Below are positions 7,278-13,105 of a stretch of DNA of 64,000 nt, one piece after another. This stretch comes from Bacteroidales bacterium. GTDB lineage: Bacteria > Bacteroidota > Bacteroidia > Bacteroidales > WCHB1-69. The notes under the pieces were generated by a model. It did no database searches, was not told the DNA's origin, and saw only the letters and a list, made by a program, of their open reading frames with translations. The position numbers and the translations under genes are program-made. Location: the NCBI GenBank assembly GCA_024400835.1, contig JAKSMC010000008.1:5082-69081 (forward strand), in the 5' to 3' direction. Each line of letters begins with the position of its first letter. The stretch's first letter is position 1.

Positions 7278-7511
7278 CTACTTTTTATCTTCGGGGCATG
7301 GGATAGTGTAAGTATCGGATAGAACTTGTCCAAAACCACTTAGAGAATCATCGTAAATGTCACATTCGGTTGATATTATATTACCATTTTGATCTTTGTT
7401 ATATATTGTCGTTTTTCTTTTCGACCCACCTCTGATTTTCAAAGGAGAATCAATTGATTGAGATTTATAGTCTTCTAATTTTTTATTGTTGATTGTTTGT
7501 ATTTTTTTCAT
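7278..7511 (-). CDS. RiPP precursor peptide 1 (double-glycine leader; candidate graspetide/SPASM substrate)
   Basis: The sequence is MKKIQTINNKKLEDYKSQSIDSPLKIRGG | SKRKTTIYNKDQNGNIISTECDIYDDSLSGFGQVLSDTYTIPCPEDKK. The 29-aa Lys-rich leader ends in GG, which fits a C39 cleavage site. The 48-aa core is rich in Ser/Thr (10), Asp/Glu (8) and Lys (5), with 2 Cys. The start is taken at MKK (7511); the ORF track starts 2 codons earlier. Confidence 0.7.
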   Translation of the reverse strand: MKKIQTINNKKLEDYKSQSIDSPLKIRGGSKRKTTIYNKDQNGNIISTECDIYDDSLSGFGQVLSDTYTIPCPEDKK

Positions 7512-7517
7512 AACCAA

Positions 7518-7740
7518 ATAGTTTAAATGGTAAAACTCCTCTTTCCCGCGGGTGTGTCGGCACTTTGCGCGGCACTTTCGGGTATGTCATCACAACGGGA
7601 AAAATGGTATCTTTGCCGCCTGATTTGCAGTGCCATCGCGTTACAAACATCACGATATATGCGACCTCGGTGCTTTTGAGCAGGGTACATCGTACTAAGA
7701 ATGCGACTTCCTTGGCGATGTCCCTGCGGGGGCACCTGTT
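7518..7740 (-). other. GC-rich non-ORF segment upstream of precursor 1, paralogous to 11899..12120 upstream of precursor 2
   Basis: Collinear similarity blocks have matching spacing and matching distance (about 71-75 nt) to each precursor ATG: 7586-7634 vs 11969-12016, 7678-7691 vs 12055-12068, and 7717-7733 vs 12097-12113. The segment also contains the direct repeat cggcacttt N3 cggcacttt at 7557-7580. Confidence 0.6.
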
Positions 7741-7743
7741 TTA

Positions 7744-7778
7744 GGGAATAAGTAATAGGTTATAGGTAGTATGTGATG
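7744..7778. repeat. Heptamer array E (GGGAATA orientation, degenerate, 5 units)
   Basis: The array reads gggaata agtaata ggttata ggtagta tgtgatg. Positions 7744-7759 are the exact reverse complement of cctattacttattccc, which is present twice in array D (3687-3702 and 3701-3716). Confidence 0.8.
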
Positions 7779-8088
7779 AGTTTACTTATTCACCTGTTTA
7801 CGTCCTGCCAACGGTCTTTACGCACCACGATGGCAGGACTTCAATCAAGGAAGTGATTCTTCCCCAACCAATAGAGGTCGGGCAGCAAATAAGGATTCAG
7901 GTTGTCATCTTTCATTCATTCGTCATTTTTAGTTAGCGGTTGTCTTATTCAGTGTGTTAACCTTTTACGGTCCTCTTCATCGGCCGCGCCCAGCCCGTAA
8001 AAAGCGAGTGCAATAATATTAAAAACTTTTGTATATAGGTCGTTTTTCTGTTTTTTACTTTAATGATTATCAAATAGTTAGCGATTGC

Positions 8089-8535
8089 TTAAGTAATAAA
8101 ACAGCCTATCGAGAAGCGGAATTTTCGGAGAAAATCCGATGGGGGATGGTGGGGATTTCGGAGAAATTTGATGAGGCCCTGCGCGGGGTCCGCCACATAG
8201 ACCAGTGAACTGTGATCAGTGAGCTGTGAACTGTCTTTGGGGCGTTTGATATCGTAAACGACCACGAAGTGGTTCTGTTTCCAATGCACGATGCAGGGCA
8301 ATGGTGCCTCGCAGAGCTGTTGGAACGAGATGTGCACGCCGATAGTGCGGAAGCCGATGCCCTCGGCGGCGGTGCTGATGCCGAGCAGGCTCACGCCCTC
8401 GCGGCCGATGAAGCACTTCTGCCGGAGCGTCTCCAACGAATAGTGCTTGCCGTAGTGCTTGGCAATCATCCGCAGGCAAGTGGGGCCGCAATCCATGGCA
8501 TCGAGTTGCTTGTAAAACGGGAATTTTTTACTCAT
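8089..8535 (-). CDS. Stand-alone peptidase C39 domain: a truncated paralog of the 5' end of the ABC exporter gene (functional status unknown)
   Basis: The 148-aa ORF has its first ~123 aa nearly identical to the exporter N-terminus (MSKKFPFYKQLDAMDCGPTCLRMIAKHYG...HWKQNHFVVVY...VADPAQGLIKF). The nucleotide homology 8166-8535 vs ~3318-3675 is roughly 90% by eye. It then diverges into an unrelated 24-aa tail. The catalytic Cys, His and Asp positions are retained. Confidence 0.55.
   Translation of the reverse strand: MSKKFPFYKQLDAMDCGPTCLRMIAKHYGKHYSLETLRQKCFIGREGVSLLGISTAAEGIGFRTIGVHISFQQLCEAPLPCIVHWKQNHFVVVYDIKRPKDSSQLTDHSSLVYVADPAQGLIKFLRNPHHPPSDFLRKFRFSIGCFIT
8138..8157. repeat. G-rich heptamer-like patch at the C39-paralog breakpoint, flanked by a 10-bp direct repeat
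   Basis: The patch gatgggg gatggtg gggatt resembles the degenerate end of array A. It is flanked by ttcggagaaa at 8124-8133 and 8157-8166. Homology to the full-length exporter gene ends here. Confidence 0.6.
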
Positions 8536-8577
8536 TGATAGTTACTCATTACTAAATCCTAATTGTTAATCCTCTCC
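8536..8577. repeat. Heptamer array F (degenerate, TATTACC orientation) directly upstream of the C39 paralog
   Basis: The sequence reads ..tagttac tcattac taaatcc taattgt taatcct... It occupies the same position relative to the C39 start codon as array D does for the full gene. Confidence 0.55.
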
Positions 8578-8583
8578 CCAAAT

Positions 8584-8660
8584 CTATTTGTTCAACTCAG
8601 CAATCCTCTTCTTGTCGGGCATTCCCTCAAGCCTGTCCGAGAACTCCAAATCATGTATTT
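8584..8660 (-). pseudogene. Remnant of the 3' end of a SPASM maturase gene (last ~20 codons plus stop)
   Basis: The minus-strand translation ...LEFSDRLEGMPDKKRIAELNK* aligns with the C-terminus of the 3786..4898 product (...TYSRETGFVPDKERIDKLNKEILGED*). It has the same order (SPASM end, heptamer spacer, C39 start) as 3786-3675. Confidence 0.5.
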
Positions 8661-8850
8661 TTATTCACAAGTTACATGTGAAAAAAAAACTCTTTTTTTC
8701 AATTTTGCGGAGAAGGGGATAAATGAGTTCTCGGACGAACTTATCTTTTCGTGGTAAGCTGCTTCGAACACCTCTACGGGTATCTATCCTATCAAGAGCT
8801 ACCTGTCTGTACAAAAAGAGTGAGCATGATTCGTTTTATTTTTTTTAAAT

Positions 8851-10275
8851 CTATTTCTTGTCATTCATCACCATTTTCACAATCTCTTCGACATCACTAT
8901 TCTCGAAATCCCTTTCCACATCAGGGGCAATCCCGTTCGAGCAGTCGCGGTTGCGGGTGTCAAAACTTCTGAACGAGTTGATCATGCAGATGATGCCTGA
9001 GGGGAGCGGTACCACAAGCGGCTGACCTGTAGCACCCGCAGTGGTTTTTCCCACCACACACACATTCGGACTTTGCACGAGCTGCATCACGAAACCCTCT
9101 GCGGCGGAGGCTGTGCGCGGACCGACCAAGACGTAAACTTTCCCATGATACCGTTGCGAGTTCGGATTCCCGTTCGCCACCGTAGTTGCTTGGATGGTAT
9201 CGAACGCATTATTGAATAAATGCGGACAATAGACCCGTTTGGTGTATTCATCCATGGATTCAGGATCTCCATACAGCATTCTCACAGCCGCCCAAGCCCG
9301 GTAGGCCGAATTGTTGACCCGCGACAACAGCACTCCCGACAACATAATCGAATCTTTATCAACAAGATAAGGCGTTATAGGAGAATAGGCTCTGCCGTCG
9401 CCCCCCAAATTGTTGCGCAAATCCAGAACGAAATGCATATTTTGGTTGATTGTGGGTAAATATTTCATGAAAGTGTCCACCGTGGCCGCATTGCAATCGT
9501 CGATACGCAGATATGCAGCATCTTGTGCCGGAAAAACCACAAACAGATTATTATTTCCAGCCAAGTTTTCACTTTCTATCGCCATCCAATGGTATTTCAA
9601 CTGTTCCTCTTCCTGTTCTTTTGATGGAGAAAAATGCCAGTCGTAACCTATTGACAGCTTCTTGAGCCCATTTCCCGATTTCACCTCCATTTCCAGCTTT
9701 GTGTTATAGCTTTTCGGTTGGAAAATCATGGGATGCAAGGCATTCGGCGTGAACATCGCGGCTTCAAGCAAGGTCTCTTGATTGGTGCAAGAAATCAGTG
9801 GCGCTACATTTTGCGTAAACCATTCCACTGCAGGAATCCCATCTATACGGACAATTTCATCCCCAACTGAAACCTTGTCGGCGTATTGAGAGCTGATATT
9901 GCGGATATAAATCCTGCCGTCTCTGTACTCCGTCTGCAGTCGAATCATCGCCAACGAAGGCATTAGCTGTTGCGGCATCATGCAGTAGGTGTGGCTGTTA
10001 TGAAAATGCGCCAAGAACTCCTGCATCGTCAGGTAGTGCTCGAAATCGTCCTTTGTCCGCTGAATCTTGGGGATATAGGCGGCATAGAGACTGTCCACGT
10101 TCAGTCCCTGACAATTATCCATATTGGCGAAGTTGTAGGACAACTCTTTCCAAACCACAGCGAGTTCGTATATTTTTTGAGATGATGTGAGCTGTTCTTT
10201 ACCGCCAACTTGTGCGATAAGGGTTGGCGTAATCAAGATTGTCACAAAAGCTAAAATAAAAGGAATTTTTTTCAT
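8851..10275 (-). CDS. Peptidase S41 family (tail-specific/C-terminal processing protease-like), with signal peptide
   Basis: The 474-aa product starts MKKIPFILAFVTILITPTLIAQ. It contains FVLDLRNNLGGDG and VYVLVGPRTASAAEGF, which match S41 DLRxNxGG and S-A-x-E type motifs. Its start lies 12 nt downstream of the rSAM gene. Confidence 0.8.
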   Translation of the reverse strand: MKKIPFILAFVTILITPTLIAQVGGKEQLTSSQKIYELAVVWKELSYNFANMDNCQGLNVDSLYAAYIPKIQRTKDDFEHYLTMQEFLAHFHNSHTYCMMPQQLMPSLAMIRLQTEYRDGRIYIRNISSQYADKVSVGDEIVRIDGIPAVEWFTQNVAPLISCTNQETLLEAAMFTPNALHPMIFQPKSYNTKLEMEVKSGNGLKKLSIGYDWHFSPSKEQEEEQLKYHWMAIESENLAGNNNLFVVFPAQDAAYLRIDDCNAATVDTFMKYLPTINQNMHFVLDLRNNLGGDGRAYSPITPYLVDKDSIMLSGVLLSRVNNSAYRAWAAVRMLYGDPESMDEYTKRVYCPHLFNNAFDTIQATTVANGNPNSQRYHGKVYVLVGPRTASAAEGFVMQLVQSPNVCVVGKTTAGATGQPLVVPLPSGIICMINSFRSFDTRNRDCSNGIAPDVERDFENSDVEEIVKMVMNDKK

Positions 10276-10287
10276 TTCAAATGTCTA

Positions 10288-11589
10288 TTACTTTTTTGCA
10301 ACTTTGCTTCTAATATATCTTTGGAATGATATTTCTGAATAATCATTGCGACATACAAAATCATGCTTACCTTTTTGTATTTCATAATGGTGTTGCACAC
10401 AGGGACCATAACACAATGGTAATATTTTACAATTCAAACATTTTTCATTGTCAAAAGTGGTTTTGCCAAAATAGGTGCTCATAACATTGTCATCGAGTAT
10501 CAAATCTCCATCAGAGCATAATCTTCCAATTACTAAACTGTCATCATAGTCCCGTGCTGCACATTTGTAGATTTTACCATCATAATTTATCACTCTGTGG
10601 TAATAGTTGTCTGAATAACACGCTGAAAAGCCACGATGCCTATACGCAAAATACTCTACTTGAAATCCAGCCTCCTCAAAATCACGTTTCCTTTGTAATA
10701 GAGTTTCGTTTTCACCAGAAATGGGATCTTTAGACAATCCAACCTGCCATATTCTTTGAAAATCAACAAAAATACTTTTTCTGTTCTTAACGGGGAAAAA
10801 GTCTATTATTTCTGAAATATCCGACAACGTGTCAGTGTCATAATTGATTCTCAGAACCACCATTGAGTTTTCAATACTTTCGCAGATATAATTTACATTA
10901 TCTATTATTTTTTTAAAATGCCCTTCCCCCTTGATATTTTTCACCATATTATGCCTTGTTTCGTTCCCGTCAATCGGAATTTGAAATTTATTCAAATTGA
11001 TGGTATTACAGGCTTTTATTATTTCCTCATTGAAATAATAACCATTGGTGGTGATTTGGTTAATAAACGGCAATCTGTGGCGTTTGCATAATTCAATAGC
11101 ATGTGTCGAAATCGGAAGTATTACTTCGTTAAAATACATTAATGGTTCTCCTCCAAACCAATCAATATGTAAAGAATTAACGCCGTTCTTCACTATCTTG
11201 AGTATGTGATTCTTTATTTTCTGAATGGTTGAGTTGTCCATTCGTCTCTTTTCATATTTAGTGTTCATTTCTTCTACACAACAATACCAACACCTATAAT
11301 TACATTGTAACGTTGGATTTATCGTTAAGTGGTAATTCCTTTCCGACAGGATTGTCTCTTTGTTTTTGAACAATAAATAATTTATTTCGTCGAATTTTTC
11401 GTCTACAATGAAATGACATTGAATAAAATACTGAAAGATATCCGGATAGTGTTCTTCAAATTCATTCAAGTTGGTTAAATAGTACTTGATGTCATTGGTT
11501 TCTTTAGAATCAAATTCGATTGCTATATCTGAAAAAGAGTTATAAAGAATGTTCTCTTGCCAAATATTAAATACGCTGTTTTTTTTCAT
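10288..11589 (-). CDS. Radical SAM/SPASM peptide maturase
   Basis: LTINPTLQCNYRCWYCCV provides the CX3CX2C motif. The C-terminal SPASM motif is CLNCKILPLCYGPC (CX2CX5CX3C) plus auxiliary Cys residues. The start is chosen at MKKNSVF (11589); the longest ORF starts at 11619 but would run through the hairpin/U-tract. Confidence 0.88.
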   Translation of the reverse strand: MKKNSVFNIWQENILYNSFSDIAIEFDSKETNDIKYYLTNLNEFEEHYPDIFQYFIQCHFIVDEKFDEINYLLFKNKETILSERNYHLTINPTLQCNYRCWYCCVEEMNTKYEKRRMDNSTIQKIKNHILKIVKNGVNSLHIDWFGGEPLMYFNEVILPISTHAIELCKRHRLPFINQITTNGYYFNEEIIKACNTINLNKFQIPIDGNETRHNMVKNIKGEGHFKKIIDNVNYICESIENSMVVLRINYDTDTLSDISEIIDFFPVKNRKSIFVDFQRIWQVGLSKDPISGENETLLQRKRDFEEAGFQVEYFAYRHRGFSACYSDNYYHRVINYDGKIYKCAARDYDDSLVIGRLCSDGDLILDDNVMSTYFGKTTFDNEKCLNCKILPLCYGPCVQHHYEIQKGKHDFVCRNDYSEISFQRYIRSKVAKK

Positions 11590-11606
11590 ATCAATTATTT
11601 TTACTG

Positions 11607-11671
11607 AAAAAATGCCCAAAAGGATCTTATCAAAACCTTATGCTCTTATTGTTTTAATGCCCTTTTGGGCA
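11607..11671 (-). terminator. Intrinsic-terminator-like attenuator between precursor 2 and its rSAM maturase
   Basis: An 11-bp perfect stem pairs 11661-11671 with 11613-11623 (gcccaaaagg/ccttttgggc core) around a 37-nt loop. It is followed on the minus strand by UUUUUU (11612-11607), 18 nt before the maturase ATG. Confidence 0.55.
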
Positions 11672-11694
11672 AGCTTGTTATGTTAGTTCATTCA

Positions 11695-11898
11695 TTAAGA
11701 TTTAGGGAGACAAGCAGGAATGCACAAAGAGAATGGCTTAATGCGACATGGATTGTCCAAAGGGAGACAATAAGGGTTTTGGATTGGGGGAAGCGGTGGA
11801 ATATCCCCTTCGCCTCCGATTATTTTTTGTGCATTTTTAAGTTGTCTAAGAGACTCTTTACAAAGAGACAACGATGGTTTGTTTTTTTTAACTTTCAT
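11695..11898 (-). CDS. RiPP precursor peptide 2 (double-glycine leader; Pro/Cys-rich core)
   Basis: The sequence is MKVKKNKPSLSLCKESLRQLKNAQKIIGG | EGDIPPLPPIQNPYCLPLDNPCRIKPFSLCIPACLPKS. The 29-aa leader ends in GG. The 38-aa core has 10 Pro and 4 Cys. It lies immediately upstream of the rSAM/SPASM gene. Confidence 0.7.
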   Translation of the reverse strand: MKVKKNKPSLSLCKESLRQLKNAQKIIGGEGDIPPLPPIQNPYCLPLDNPCRIKPFSLCIPACLPKS

Positions 11899-12304
11899 AT
11901 CATGTAATTTATTTGTTCAACTTTCCCCTTCTGCTTTTGCCGGCAGGAAAGAATCTCCGGTTGCTCCACACTCACAACAGAAAAAATGTTACTTTTGCCA
12001 TCGAATTTGGGTGCCAAGCAGTAGAGCCATACCCGACCGTTTTCGGATGCCGATAGCACAGGGACATCATCATATATCCGTTATAACATCAAGGGTGATG
12101 TTCCCTGTGGGGCATCCTTTTCTTCCGTGCCGTCCCGGTAATCGCAGAACAGGATTTCCTGCCTTACGACTGCGCCCCTCAGACGGCACGCGAGTCAGCC
12201 AAGTTATTTTTGCCCAACCATTGCAGATCAGGGGCATCGGTTTTTATGTGAATTGCTTTTTTCATGTTTCTCCTTTTCGTTCAGCCGCAAGGAAGCGGTA
12301 GCTC

Positions 12305-12805
12305 CTAATTGTTACTGTATGCAGCTGATTCGCTGAAGAACAGTCCCGTAAAGGTAAACTGCTGCGTGGTGCGGTTTCTGTACACCATCTGCTCCGGAAT
12401 GTTTAGAAAGATGTCGTTCCCCTTCTCGTCCTTGTAGCTCAACGAACGGTCTGGCATCAGAAAGAAGTCCTCCGAAGTCAAGTCAAACGTGTCAGTCGTA
12501 GTAGCAATTACGTCAGTTCCTATTTGCTGAAGTTGGACGGCAGCCATCTTCTGACAAAGATTTCCCTCCCCCACACAGTTCACGTGAACATACATGCCAT
12601 CCTCCCACACGCATCCTTTGCAAGTCTTGCCATCATGGCCAACACATAGGGCCAGTATCACCTCCGAGTTTCCGGTCTTACCTTCTTCGGGCAGTACTAT
12701 CACTCTGTTAAACCTGTGTTTCTGATCCGTAGCCTGGGTTCCATCCTTCTCACATGCGATGAGCACCATAGCAGTAAGCAGTACCATTGTCAATATTTTT
12801 TTCAT
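12305..12805 (-). CDS. Small Cys-containing lipoprotein (166 aa), function unknown
   Basis: MKKILTMVLLTAMVLIAC has a lipobox-like signal (LIAC). The mature part contains CVGHDGKTCKGCVWEDGMYVHVNCVGEGNLC. The start is chosen at M62 of the track ORF (12805). Confidence 0.65.
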   Translation of the reverse strand: MKKILTMVLLTAMVLIACEKDGTQATDQKHRFNRVIVLPEEGKTGNSEVILALCVGHDGKTCKGCVWEDGMYVHVNCVGEGNLCQKMAAVQLQQIGTDVIATTTDTFDLTSEDFFLMPDRSLSYKDEKGNDIFLNIPEQMVYRNRTTQQFTFTGLFFSESAAYSNN

Positions 12806-13105
12806 CGTGTTTGGTTTTATAAATACATTAAACAATTGATTTTCGACGGCAAAAATACTATTGATTTCAACATAATTTAAACCCTCACAGCAAAATGTGA
12901 ACCCCCTTATGGAAAAATATGCACCCATTGGCAGACAAGCTGATTTTAGGAGGTGTATCGTATTAACAATCAGTATGTTTAAAAACACCCTATTTTATCA
13001 ATTGCGTGAGGGGAAAAGTACTTGTTATGAGGGGATAGAGCTACTTCGCACAATAAGATATTTGAATATTATCTATCTTTGCCGCAGTATTCAAATCAGT
13101 TCACA

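Noticed and set aside
7523-7735. The 70-aa ORF (MPPQGHRQGSRILS...) upstream of precursor 1.
   Set aside because: It is Arg-rich with no motif. It lies in the segment paralogous to 11899-12120, where the corresponding frame is closed. It is treated as non-coding or decayed sequence.
11879-12301. The 140-aa + strand ORF, and a possible minus-strand gene with an in-frame stop (readthrough/selenocysteine idea) upstream of precursor 2.
   Set aside because: Codon-by-codon re-reading of the minus strand shows three short pieces in two frames. They are MKKAIHIKTDAPDLQWLGKNNLADSRAV*, then ...DAPQGTSPLML*, then a 62-codon piece without ATG. There is no single frame and no SECIS-like context. TGA is used as a normal stop at 5088-5090. 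The + strand ORF is Pro/Arg-rich shadow sequence.
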